Origin: Arenicella sp.
Lineage (GTDB): Bacteria > Bacteroidota > Bacteroidia > Flavobacteriales > Flavobacteriaceae
DNA: 64,000 nucleotides
Reading direction: 5' to 3'
Assembly (NCBI GenBank): GCA_047614925.1
Contig: JBLHIE010000002.1
Location: 314-64,313, forward strand
The stretch's first letter is position 1; the number at the start of each line of letters is the position of its first letter. Under the pieces are notes generated by a model. That model did not search any database, had not been told where the DNA came from, and worked only from the letters and a program-made list of their open reading frames with translations. Shown piece after piece: positions 30,828 through 41,025 of this stretch. The position numbers were made by a program, and so were the translations under genes.

Positions 30828-32180
30828 TTAAATCATCGTTTTTAATTCCTTAAAATTCAAACCACCATAATCACCAGAACTCATTAATAAAAGGGCTGTG
30901 TTTTCTAGATTTTGATTGAATAAGAAGTCTTTAAATTCTTGCGGATTTGTATAAATAATCAAATCGTCTCTTTCAAATGCACTTGCAATTTGGGCTGCAG
31001 TTACTTCTTCTAATTGCTTAATTTTCACTGCATGAGGCGAGTAGAAAACGACTGCTTTGTCAGCTGCATCTAGAGCTCCTTTGTACTCTTCTAAGAAGGC
31101 TGCATTTAAACTAGAATAAGTATGCAACTCTAAACAAGCTAAAACAGTTCTATTCGTATATTGCGCTTTAACGGCTTGTGTGGTTGCTGCTACTTTACTC
31201 GGGCTGTGTGCAAAATCTTTAAAAATTACAGTAGCAGTATTCTCTGCTATTTTCTCTAAACGTTTGCTTGCACCACTAAAACTTTCAATTGCTTCGTAAA
31301 AATCATCTTCATCAATTCCCATGTGCTGACAAATCCATTTTGCACCTGCCAAATTTTGAAGATTGTGTTTTCCAAAAATCTCTAAAGGCAAATCTCCTTC
31401 TGTAGTTTCTAAATAAGTAACTCCGTCTTCTATAAAGTGATTCGGGGTGGTGTATGCATATTTCTTAATCTGATTAACAGATGCTTCTACCACTTCTTTT
31501 ACAACATCATCCTCTTCATTATATACCATACTTCCGCCAGGAATCATAGCATCTGTAAAAATTCTAAACTGGTCTGTATAGTTTTCAAAAGTTGGAAATA
31601 CATTGATGTGGTCCCATGCAATTCCACTTAATAAAGCAATGTTTGGTTTGTACAAATGAAATTTAGGACGCATGTCTATTGGAGAGCTTAAATATTCATC
31701 GCCTTCTAAAACAATAAAATCGTTTTCTTCTGTTAAATGCACCATCGTTTCAAAACCTTCTAGCTGAGCTCCTACCATATAATCTACTTCTTTTTCATGA
31801 TAATTTAACACATGTAAAATCATAGAAGTTATGGTCGTTTTTCCGTGAGACCCCCCAATTACAACCCGAGTTTTATCTTTAGATTGCTCATATAAAAACT
31901 CTGGATATGAGTAAATTTTTAAACCTAATTCTTGTGCTTTTAAAAGTTCTACATTGTCTATTTTGGCATGCATCCCTAGAATAATAGCATCTAATTTAGA
32001 AGTGATCCTCTCTGGAAACCAACCAAACTCATTTGGTAGTAAGTCGTATTTTTCTAAGCGAGATTTAGACGGATTATGGATGGTATCATCACTTCCAGAA
32101 ACCTGGTATCCTTTTTGGTGTAACGCAATTGCAAGGTTGTGCATTGCGCTTCCGCCAATGGCAATAAAATGAATATTCAT
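30828..32180 (-). CDS. mpl: Mur ligase (Mpl/MurC-like, murein peptide ligase)
   Basis: HFIAIGGSAM, GSHGKTT, LEGDEY, DFAHSP, LELHT, MSSG. Confidence 0.8.
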   Translation of the reverse strand: MNIHFIAIGGSAMHNLAIALHQKGYQVSGSDDTIHNPSKSRLEKYDLLPNEFGWFPERITSKLDAIILGMHAKIDNVELLKAQELGLKIYSYPEFLYEQSKDKTRVVIGGSHGKTTITSMILHVLNYHEKEVDYMVGAQLEGFETMVHLTEENDFIVLEGDEYLSSPIDMRPKFHLYKPNIALLSGIAWDHINVFPTFENYTDQFRIFTDAMIPGGSMVYNEEDDVVKEVVEASVNQIKKYAYTTPNHFIEDGVTYLETTEGDLPLEIFGKHNLQNLAGAKWICQHMGIDEDDFYEAIESFSGASKRLEKIAENTATVIFKDFAHSPSKVAATTQAVKAQYTNRTVLACLELHTYSSLNAAFLEEYKGALDAADKAVVFYSPHAVKIKQLEEVTAAQIASAFERDDLIIYTNPQEFKDFLFNQNLENTALLLMSSGDYGGLNFKELKTMI

Positions 32181-32513
32181 TTAACAAGAAATTTAAAAAA
32201 GTAAAAATACAAAAGCTCTTTACAATATTGATTATATTTAGACTGAAACTATATTAAAAATTACCTTTATTAGTTTAAAATTTACATCTACTTGCTTTAT
32301 AAGACCACAAAATGCCTTCGTATATTTCTTTCTTGGTAATACTGCTAAAAGTTTTTTTACTTTTTAGATAAGATATTCACGTAAATAATATCAGTAATTT
32401 TAGCAATAAAACGGCAACCATTCTAAGTATGAATGCGCTCAAATTAAGGAACCTTTCTGAGGGTAAAAGAATACTAAGTTCAAAAAAAATATTTAAATTT
32501 GTCAAAAAAAAAT

Positions 32514-32957
32514 ATGAAAAAAATAGTATTCGTATTAGGAGTATTTTTCCTTACCACATTTTCAATAAATGCACAGGAAGTTTCAGACAATGCCATTGGT
32601 TTGCGTTTTAATCAAGGTGACGGATTAGGTGCAGACGTTTCCTATCAAAAGATAATGACAGACAATAATCGTTTAGAAGTAAACTTAGGTCTGAGGGATA
32701 AATTCAGTAGTTTTAAAGGAACTGGCTTGTATCAATGGGTTTGGAATTTAGAAGATAAATTTAATTGGTATGCTGGTTTTGGTGCTGGTTACGATTCTGG
32801 ATATGCTGCTTTATTTGGTGCTGGTATCGTTGGAATTGAATATAATTTTAATGCACCTCTTTTAATCTCCATAGATTACAGACCTGAAGTTGGTATTTCA
32901 GGAAATTATGATGGTCTTGGCAGCAACTTCGCACTTGCTATTAGGTATCAATTTTAA
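32514..32957 (+). CDS. Small outer-membrane beta-barrel protein
   Basis: Signal peptide, NAIGLRF, WYAGFGAG, GIEYNF, IDYRP, terminal RYQF. Confidence 0.75.
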   Translation: MKKIVFVLGVFFLTTFSINAQEVSDNAIGLRFNQGDGLGADVSYQKIMTDNNRLEVNLGLRDKFSSFKGTGLYQWVWNLEDKFNWYAGFGAGYDSGYAALFGAGIVGIEYNFNAPLLISIDYRPEVGISGNYDGLGSNFALAIRYQF

Positions 32958-32975
32958 AATAAAACCATCGTAAAA

Positions 32976-33014
32976 AAACAACTCCTCTAAAATCCATTTT
33001 AAAGGAGTTGTTTG
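32976..33014. terminator. Bidirectional terminator
   Basis: AAACAACTCCT...AGGAGTTGTTT between convergent genes. Confidence 0.7.
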
Positions 33015-33040
33015 TTATCTATTCGAGATATTTCTTATTA

Positions 33041-34057
33041 TTACCTCTTATCTTCAAGCACCACTCTTGTTGGGGTATCTTTGCCATTGATAATGCTTTC
33101 TGTACCTTTTGCAACAGCTTGTATGGTTTGTGTAATTACCGTCATATTTAAGGTTTCAGACTCATCTGATAGTTGATGATAATCTGGATCTACATCTATT
33201 GGCGTTGTAGAAAATGTATGAGAAGGCACCCCTAATCTTGCCAAAGACGCGTTGTCTGATCTGAAGAATAAATTAAACTTTTTATAAGGATCGGGAAATA
33301 ACTGGTATCCCGATCCTACTAAATTTTGCTGAATAATAGTTCCGAAATCTGAACGCTCAAAACCTGTTAACCAAGCTGTATTTGGGCCAAAACTTGGAGT
33401 TTTACCAATCATTTCTAGATTAATACCTGCCACAAACTTCGTTGCATCGATGCCTTTACCAAAATGAGTAGAACCCATTAAGCCCATTTCCTCTGCCGTA
33501 AAAGCAGCAAAAACAAGGGTTCTTTCATTGCCCACTTCTTTAAAGTATGCTGCCAAAGCTAGCACACCTGTTACACCAGAAGCATCGTCATTTGCGCCAT
33601 TGTAAATAAGGTCTTCTTCTCCACTCATCTTCATCCCTAAATGATCATAATGAGCTGAGATAATTACGTATTCGTCTTTTTTACTTCTTCCCTCTAAAAC
33701 GCCAATAATATTACTCGAGGTAATATCTTCTTTTGTTCTTCTATTTTTAAAGGTAAAAGTTTGCCTGTAATTTTCTAAATCGCCAAATGTAGACAAACCT
33801 ATTTTTTTGAATTCATTTTCTATATACACCGCTGCCTTTTCAATTCCTGCCGTTCCAGATTTTCTTCCTTCCATGTCATCTGCAGCCAAAGTGTACAAAT
33901 GTTTCCTAACCATGTTTGAATCTATTACAATCTCTTTTTTTAATACAGAAGTAGTACTTATCGTTTTCTTTTCGTTTGCATTATTGTCTCCTTTAGAAAA
34001 CATTCCGCAGCTATACACAGTTGCCAATAGTATTAAAATACTCGCTATTTTTTTCAT
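33041..34057 (-). CDS. M28 family metallopeptidase lipoprotein
   Basis: SAHYDH, GANDDASG, FTAEEMGL, NLEMIG, RSDN, DYH. Confidence 0.9.
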   Translation of the reverse strand: MKKIASILILLATVYSCGMFSKGDNNANEKKTISTTSVLKKEIVIDSNMVRKHLYTLAADDMEGRKSGTAGIEKAAVYIENEFKKIGLSTFGDLENYRQTFTFKNRRTKEDITSSNIIGVLEGRSKKDEYVIISAHYDHLGMKMSGEEDLIYNGANDDASGVTGVLALAAYFKEVGNERTLVFAAFTAEEMGLMGSTHFGKGIDATKFVAGINLEMIGKTPSFGPNTAWLTGFERSDFGTIIQQNLVGSGYQLFPDPYKKFNLFFRSDNASLARLGVPSHTFSTTPIDVDPDYHQLSDESETLNMTVITQTIQAVAKGTESIINGKDTPTRVVLEDKR

Positions 34058-34612
34058 TTTAATTCTTGTTTTAGAAGCATAAATATAGCAATTAAATCAT
34101 TAATCCCAGACGAAAAATATAAGACCGCACAACTGATAAAAACAAGATTAAATATTGCATTCTAACTAATTGATACATCGTAAGCTTTTAATTTCGATGA
34201 TAAGAAGTATCGACGTATTGAAAAAAGAAAAGGTTCTCTTTAGATACTGCCCTCATAGTATTTTGATACCGCAACTTTTAAGGTTTGAATAGAAAAAAAT
34301 TATTAGTAGTTTATTAAGGTTCTTTTAAATTCCGAGATTAAACAGCTATTTCTTATCATTAGTATCCGATTAAAATGGTTTAGTTTCAGAGACCCCCAAT
34401 TAAACAAACGGTTTTCCCTGCTTCTCCTTAAAGACACCTTGTTTTTTCAAATGAATTTAAAGAGCATAGGAATACGCTTTATTCTTCGATTTATAGCTGT
34501 TTTTCAGTTCATTGCTATTCTTCTTGGCTCTTGACTCTAAAAGCGCACCAGTCTTGTGTCTTTTATCGAACCACAGCTATTTTTTATGTATTTTTGTGAA
34601 AAATTTTTAAAA

Positions 34613-35431
34613 ATGATTTTATCTGAAATTCCTAATATAAAACACATCGATGCAAATAACTTTTTTTTATTATCAGGACCTTGCGCTATAGAAAGTGAAG
34701 AAATGGCGTTGCGTATTGCTGAGAAAGTAATTACAATAACAGACAAACTAGCAATACCTTATATTTTTAAAGGAAGTTTTAAAAAAGCAAATAGGAGTAG
34801 AATTGACAGTTTTACAGGAATTGGAGATGAAAAAGCTTTAAAAATTTTACGCAAAGTTTCGGAAACTTTTAATGTACCTACGGTAACCGATATTCACGAA
34901 GTTTCAGATGCGATGATGGCAGCAGAATATGTAGATGTTTTACAAATTCCTGCTTTTTTAGTTCGTCAGACAGACTTGGTCGTTGCAGCAGCAAAAACAG
35001 GAAAGGTTGTCAACTTAAAAAAAGGACAATTTATGAGTCCGTCTGCAATGAAACACGCGGTGCAAAAAGTAAGAGATGCAGGTTCTCATAAAGCGTGGAT
35101 TACAGATAGAGGAACCATGTTTGGCTACCAAGATATGATTGTAGATTTTAGAGGAATTCCTGAAATGCGCGAATTTGCGCCTACCATATTAGATGTAACC
35201 CATTCTTTACAACAACCAAACCAGAGCGCAGGAGTTACCGGCGGAAGGCCAGAAATGATTGAAACAATTGCAAGAGCAGGAATTGTAAATAATGTAGATG
35301 GGTTGTTTATAGAAACTCACTTTGATCCCAAAAACGCCAAATCTGATGGTGCAAACATGCTTCATTTAGACAACTTAGAAGCTTTATTAACAAACTTAGT
35401 TGCCATTAGACAGACGGTAAATAAGTTATAA
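34613..35431 (+). CDS. kdsA: KDO-8-phosphate synthase
   Basis: GPCAIES, KANRSR, QIPAFL, KKGQF, DVTHS, ETH. Start set at ATG 34613, after a TATTTTTG box at 34589. Confidence 0.95.
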   Translation: MILSEIPNIKHIDANNFFLLSGPCAIESEEMALRIAEKVITITDKLAIPYIFKGSFKKANRSRIDSFTGIGDEKALKILRKVSETFNVPTVTDIHEVSDAMMAAEYVDVLQIPAFLVRQTDLVVAAAKTGKVVNLKKGQFMSPSAMKHAVQKVRDAGSHKAWITDRGTMFGYQDMIVDFRGIPEMREFAPTILDVTHSLQQPNQSAGVTGGRPEMIETIARAGIVNNVDGLFIETHFDPKNAKSDGANMLHLDNLEALLTNLVAIRQTVNKL

Positions 35432-35453
35432 GTTTACCATATAACCATTATAT

Positions 35454-35489
35454 AAACCATTCACATTTTCAAATTTGAATGGTTTTTTT
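35454..35489 (+). terminator. Intrinsic terminator
   Basis: AAACCATTCA / TGAATGGTTT followed by a T tract. Confidence 0.75.
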
Positions 35490-35591
35490 GTGGGCATAAA
35501 ATAAAATTACTGTGATACTGCAATAATTTTAATTGGTATTAAAAATTGATACTCTTCCTTTTTTGTATATTTACCATAAGTTGAAGAATTT

Positions 35592-36164
35592 ATGGCGAAT
35601 AATAAACATTTACACGATAATTTTGAAGTCAATTTCTCTTTAAAAGGTTTTACAAGTATTCTTATTGGAGTTTATTTTTTCCTTTTAAGTTATGCCTATA
35701 AATATATATTAGATAGTTTCTTAATAGATGACCATGCTTTGGGTATGTTGTCACCCCAAATTATTGAGATTGTCTTTATTTCTCTTGGTATTGTCTTTAT
35801 ACTCTTTTCTTCTTTTGCTTTATTTTTTAGCGGAAAGAGAATTGCACAAAGTTTTAAAACACTGTTATGGAACAGCAAAACGAAGGCTACTTTTTTTGGG
35901 TATTTATTAGGAGTAATCGCTCTTTTTGTAATATTAATCACTTTAATGAAACTAGGTTTGGTTGATTTTATAACCCCAAGCTTTTTAATTATATATGCAC
36001 TCTTCTTATTCATAATTAAAAAGAAGGAGCGTAAAAGCATTCTTATTTTAAGCGGCTTATCCTTAGCTCTAAGTATTTATTGTTTTATAATTCCTAGTTA
36101 TTGGTATGCTTCGTTTACCATTTTAGCGATAGCGCATGCTACATACGGAGTTGTTGAAAGATAA
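35592..36164 (+). CDS. Membrane hypothetical protein
   Basis: About 6 hydrophobic segments. Confidence 0.7.
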   Translation: MANNKHLHDNFEVNFSLKGFTSILIGVYFFLLSYAYKYILDSFLIDDHALGMLSPQIIEIVFISLGIVFILFSSFALFFSGKRIAQSFKTLLWNSKTKATFFGYLLGVIALFVILITLMKLGLVDFITPSFLIIYALFLFIIKKKERKSILILSGLSLALSIYCFIIPSYWYASFTILAIAHATYGVVER

Positions 36165-36225
36165 ACGTTCCTACTGCCTTAGAGTCTGTCACGAAATGAA
36201 CACCTTTTCAAACGTTGAAAAATAT

Positions 36226-36450
36226 TTAAGTAAAATCTCGTTGTATCCGTTTTATAATATCCTCTAGACCATTTAATTGAAGTTCATAGACCAACTCCAT
36301 TTGCTTCCCTAATTTACCTGCAGGAAACCCTTTTGTTTTATACCAAACAATATAATGTTCCGGCAAATCAATCAAAAACCTACCTTTATATTTACCAAAA
36401 GGCATTTTCATTTTTGCCAAATCAATAAGAAACTGTCTGTCTTCGATCAT
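36226..36450 (-). CDS. DUF3820 family protein
   Basis: MPFGKYKGRFLIDLPEHY...GFPAGKLG...NGLE. Confidence 0.85.
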   Translation of the reverse strand: MIEDRQFLIDLAKMKMPFGKYKGRFLIDLPEHYIVWYKTKGFPAGKLGKQMELVYELQLNGLEDIIKRIQRDFT

Positions 36451-37655
36451 TATTCTTTGCCCTCTATATAATCTTGTAAGTAAGAAAAACGTTCCGTAAG
36501 CTTTCCGTTTTCTGTCATTTTAGCACGTTCTAAAACGCCGTCTTTATCATTATTAAAAAAAGCAGGAATCACATTTTCTAGAAACATCTCTCCAAAACCT
36601 TCACTTGCATCTTTTGGCAATTCACAAGGTAAATTATCTACCGCCATTACTACAATAGCATCTTTATCTTTGTAATCTACTTCAGAGGCTGTTTGCGCAT
36701 TGTAACCATAAATGGGGTCTGCAATAGTAGATGCTCTTAATGTAGAAGCAATAGGGCCATCTACATCACAAGAAATGTCTGCCACATACTTAATGTTAAA
36801 GTCTGTTGACTTTGCATTTTCTCGAGAATACAAATACGGCGCACCATTTCCGAAAAAATGACCTGCAATAAAGAAATCTGTTACTTTCGCAAAACGCATA
36901 AAATTAGAAACGTACGCTTCTGAGTGGTTATAAAAATGTCTATTTGTAGTATTGTTGCCTTCTTTACGTTTATTATAATCTAAAACGTCTACCAAGCAAT
37001 AAACAGACTCGTTAAAATTTTCAGATAGATATGCTGTAACCGATACTTTTTTAATGTTCATGGCATCTAACATCTCTTTTGCTCCAAAAGCTACTTTTCC
37101 GTTTCCGGTTAAAAGTATTTTTAAATTGGGTAATTCAATATTATTTAATACTGTAATTAATTCTTGCTGACTGTCTAAACTTGTTGCTTTTGGCAAACTA
37201 AATGCAGCGGTCTTTAAACCTATTGCCCTAAAACCATTGTAAGCCCCAACAATACCTGCATACCGACCAAAACCAATTAAGCGTGTACCATTTTCTTTGA
37301 TAATAGTTTCATGGTCATACAACGCTATGTTTTTCTCTAGAATTGCATTTAACAAAGCTCTATTGTAGGGTTGTTTTTTAACGGTATGGCTAAAGAAAAA
37401 ATACTTTTTATGAGGTATTAATGCTTCTATAGGCACTTCTTTTACTCCGAATAAAACATCACAGCTCGTCATGTCCTCTGAAATTTCTAACCCTGCATCT
37501 GTATATTGTTTGTCTTTAAAGATGCGTATGTCTGAACTTTCTACAAGAAGGGTTGCCTCTGTAAATTGTTCTTTAAATTCTTTTAATTTTCCAGGTGAAA
37601 AAACGACTCTTCTATCTGGTGGATTTTTACGTTCTTTTATAATGCCAAACTTCAT
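36450..37655 (-). CDS. Saccharopine dehydrogenase-like / AlaDh-PNT family NAD(P) oxidoreductase
   Basis: DRRV, GVKEVP, FFSHT, GRYAG, TGNGKV, DISCD, AVDNLPCELP. Confidence 0.85.
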   Translation of the reverse strand: MKFGIIKERKNPPDRRVVFSPGKLKEFKEQFTEATLLVESSDIRIFKDKQYTDAGLEISEDMTSCDVLFGVKEVPIEALIPHKKYFFFSHTVKKQPYNRALLNAILEKNIALYDHETIIKENGTRLIGFGRYAGIVGAYNGFRAIGLKTAAFSLPKATSLDSQQELITVLNNIELPNLKILLTGNGKVAFGAKEMLDAMNIKKVSVTAYLSENFNESVYCLVDVLDYNKRKEGNNTTNRHFYNHSEAYVSNFMRFAKVTDFFIAGHFFGNGAPYLYSRENAKSTDFNIKYVADISCDVDGPIASTLRASTIADPIYGYNAQTASEVDYKDKDAIVVMAVDNLPCELPKDASEGFGEMFLENVIPAFFNNDKDGVLERAKMTENGKLTERFSYLQDYIEGKE

Positions 37656-37807
37656 GTTCTTCTCTTTTTTTGTTACTGAAACAACTTCAAAATAAATAGA
37701 ATAATATTTGCTCGAAGATATTGGATTTTATAATGATAAACAACTGTATTTTTTATACTTTTGTACTCGGAATTTTCATTGTTAAGAAAATACCTCTTTG
37801 ACATTTT

Positions 37808-38198
37808 GGGGACGACTGGTTTTGACAGCAAGGACAGTGAATTTGTAAGCATATCGAGTTATGAAATAACACTCGTAAAACCTAATTTCAACTTTTTAAA
37901 CGGCGAAGATAACTACGCTTTAGCTGCATAATCCGAATTATAGTAGGATTGGCCTCGGCACACTAGGTGTGCAAGCTTTATGTCCACGAACAGCCTTGGT
38001 TTACGGCGTTTCACTTTTGGATATCGTAAAAGTAAACATAGAAAACCTGCTACTTTGACGGGTTTTTGAAACTAAAGAAGTTAAGTTAAAAGTGGATTGT
38101 TCTTAATCAGCTTTTGATCGAAAATTAAGAAAGAACTATATATGTAGAAAGCCTCTTGGCTGCTTGTTTGGACCCGAGTTCGATTCTCGGCGTCTCCA
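37808..38198 (+). ncRNA. ssrA: tmRNA
   Basis: 5' GGGGACGACTGGTTTTGAC pairs with 3' CGTCTCC-A; T-arm CCGAG-TTCGATT-CTCGG; tag frame 37902-37931 reads GEDNYALAA*; CCA not encoded. Confidence 0.95.
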
Positions 38199-38204
38199 CT
38201 TAAT

Positions 38205-38247
38205 AAAAAACCTAATCAATAAATATTTAGTTGATTAGGTTTTTTTA
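38205..38247 (+). terminator. Terminator downstream of ssrA
   Basis: AAAAAACCTAATCAA / TTGATTAGGTTTTTT. Confidence 0.8.
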
Positions 38248-38486
38248 TACCCTGAAAAAAATATTTTGTGTCGGTTATTGTGTGCGTTTTCATTTTAAGT
38301 AAACAATAAATATTCTTAAGTATTACTACTTTAACTATCCTTTAAATTAAAAAAAACTTAATTAATAGAAACAATACGCGCGCGTACAGACACCCATGTA
38401 CTATTTAAAATAATCTGTTTTAAATTAGTTAACTGAAATATTTAAATCTTACTTACCTTAATGAGGTGGTGTGATAAAATTTAACA

Positions 38487-38769
38487 AGTAAACATAACAA
38501 GGGTTGTAGAGAAATTTACGAGCGAATTGTAAACAAAAGTAAGAGCAAGAAATTAACATTAATAGCAGTTTCTAATAAACTATTAAAACAGGCTTTTGCC
38601 ATTGCTAAATCAGGACCCATACGATGACACCTTTGTTTCTGCATTGCTGTCTAAATAGTAATAACGTCCATAAAACAAATAACTAAAAAAGCTTAAACAG
38701 AAGTTTAAGCCTAGAATACTAATACATAAAATTAATGATAAAAAGACTTAGATTTAAACTCAGTTCTTT
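38487..38769 (+). mobile_element. IS110-family element 3' remnant (transposase C-terminus plus right non-coding end)
   Basis: 38487-38658 reads KHNKGCREIYERIVNKSKSKKLTLIAVSNKLLKQAFAIAKSG/PYDDTFVS (frameshift), matching the IS110/IS116 C-terminal pattern; the non-coding end runs to CTCAGTTCTTT. Confidence 0.8.
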
Positions 38770-38794
38770 ATTGGCTGTAGTTTATATTTCTACT

Positions 38795-39502
38795 CTAATA
38801 AGTTCTTGTTCCCGACCAATTTCCGTTTTCATTAGACTGACTATCGCTCCAAGTGCCAATTATATTATCACCATTAAGAGTTCCATTTACATCAGTTCCA
38901 GTTGAAGTAACTCCAGAAATAAAATTATTATTAATTATACCATCTAGTGTAAAAAACACAGAATTTGTTTTGCTATAAGCAAGAACTGCCATTTCATTTC
39001 CTGTTACTATTGCGTTAAAAGTGCCTACATCTGTACTATTACCAATACCAGCATACGAGCCTTCAAATAATTCAGTCAAGATGGCTGATGTTTCTTTCAC
39101 AAGAATAATGTTCGCATTAGGATGTCCTTCAATCGTTAAATTAGAGATTTCTGGATTTGTTCCGTTTGATGAAACTGAAAATGTGAAGCTATCATTTCCA
39201 CTTGTAAAATTAATTACAGTTTGCTGATTTACTTGAATGACTTCATTTGTTGTAAAAATATAAGTTGTTCCATCGATTATCATTGTGGCAGAAACATTAC
39301 CGTTGTTGTTTACATTTATTACAACAATTCCACTTGAACCAATAAATACACCTTTATAAATTCCAAAATTACTATTGTCAAACTGTGTAATTGCTTCAGG
39401 TACTTCAGCTAGTACACTACTATTTATATTATCATCACTCGAGCAAGAGAAGATAAATAAACTTAAAAATATCAAAATTCCAAAGGGTAGTCTTTTTTTC
39501 AT
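38795..39502 (-). CDS. Hypothetical surface lipoprotein (cassette-like)
   Basis: Lipobox IFSC-SSDD; two beta-rich repeats (GIYKG / GSYAG...GTW...GNWSG). Confidence 0.8.
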   Translation of the reverse strand: MKKRLPFGILIFLSLFIFSCSSDDNINSSVLAEVPEAITQFDNSNFGIYKGVFIGSSGIVVINVNNNGNVSATMIIDGTTYIFTTNEVIQVNQQTVINFTSGNDSFTFSVSSNGTNPEISNLTIEGHPNANIILVKETSAILTELFEGSYAGIGNSTDVGTFNAIVTGNEMAVLAYSKTNSVFFTLDGIINNNFISGVTSTGTDVNGTLNGDNIIGTWSDSQSNENGNWSGTRTY

Positions 39503-41025
39503 AAATCTGTTTTTATTAATTATTATTTTAATTTAAAGGCTAAAATTACAGCCAACGTGTTTATACACCGAGCTTTTATCCTTTTATCATTCTATATTGG
39601 TGGGATATGCAAAAGTTTTATACCCAACCAATGTTTACAAAGATAAAGGATTAAAAATAAATTGTCAAAGGAATTTGTTACTAAAAAGAGATTGAATTAA
39701 GCCTGCTATAAACCTTAATTATAAATACAGATTTACGCAAATGTTTAAAAAAAAACATAATACGAACACTCAAAACAACTTAAAATCGAAATCAAAGTCT
39801 CACAGAACTAAACATGATTTATAATAGAAAAGAGTGAAGATTATCAGTGTTATCGCAGGCCATAAGCTTCAGCGTATAAATTAACCTTAATTCTCTCTTT
39901 TATTCTTTCTAATTAATTGCTTAAATTTATAAAAGGTAAACTTAAGCCGTTTATAATTTATCGCTAGTTCTAGTTTTTTTAAGAAAATATTCCCAAATTA
40001 TCTATTCGGTTGTTATCTGCTAAGTTAATTGATTAACCAATCAAAATTAAACCAAAAAAGATTGCCTGATATTAGTGTAATGCAAAGTATTTAATCAATA
40101 TAATAAGAAGGATACTTGATATATTAGTTGGTTAACGCCAGCAATATTAATTGACCCAATAATTAAAGTTTCTTTAGTTAGCGACTTATAAAATATTTAG
40201 CTATTTTTTTGAGCATACTTTTAAAAGAGATATAAAAAAATAGAAATATAATTAAAAAAAACAGTAACTGGTGCAAACAAACTATTGAAATAATAGAAAC
40301 TGGCGGAAGGCGTAAATAATTAATAAAAAAATATTTTTTACTCGCTTTAAGCATTCAGGGTATATATCTTAGCCCCCCTTCTTCTAGATAAAAATCACTT
40401 TTTTTTGATAAGATGGCCTCTTCATTTTTGATATTCTGTTTAAGATTTTGGAGATTTATAGCTTTACTTAGCCCTTTAAGATATATGAGTGACTAATGTT
40501 GAGTTCTATAGATTTTAATACGTTTAATTACGCAGTAACACTTTAAAGAAAACTTTAGTTTTAAATCTAAAACACATAATTTTATTGAACTGCCTCCGTT
40601 TAATATTGTTTTGTCAAAGTATTTTATCTCCATTATGTAGGGTTCTTCTTAAATAGAAACAGAACAATCGTACAGAGACCTTACAATATTGAAAACAAAA
40701 AACACTTAACCCTATAATAAACAGATTTTTAAGGACTATTTAATCGGTCTGGACGGGTTCTACTCTCCTACTTACTAAATTAGAACCCATAACTTTTTAT
40801 ATTTTCGGATTTTTTATTTTTTGTAAATCCTAATCAAAACAGTTCGACTTCACTCCTTTCTGTTCCACTTTAATACACCTCAACTTATTGTTAATCAATT
40901 TTTTGAGGTTTTTGTTTTTTAAAAAACAGACAACACTGTATTGTAACTATTTTATAAAACACCTTTACAACAATTGTTACCTTTAAACTCTTGAAGAAGA
41001 TTACTTTTGTATAAAATAAAAACAC

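Noticed and set aside
34100-34550. Long spacer before kdsA with coding-like minus-strand stretches
   Set aside because: It may be a decayed gene, but I recognise no family; tblastx would be needed.
40009-40026. GTTGTTATCTGCTAAGTT as a second cassette site
   Set aside because: No matching inverted partner or bracketed ORF was found; it could be chance.
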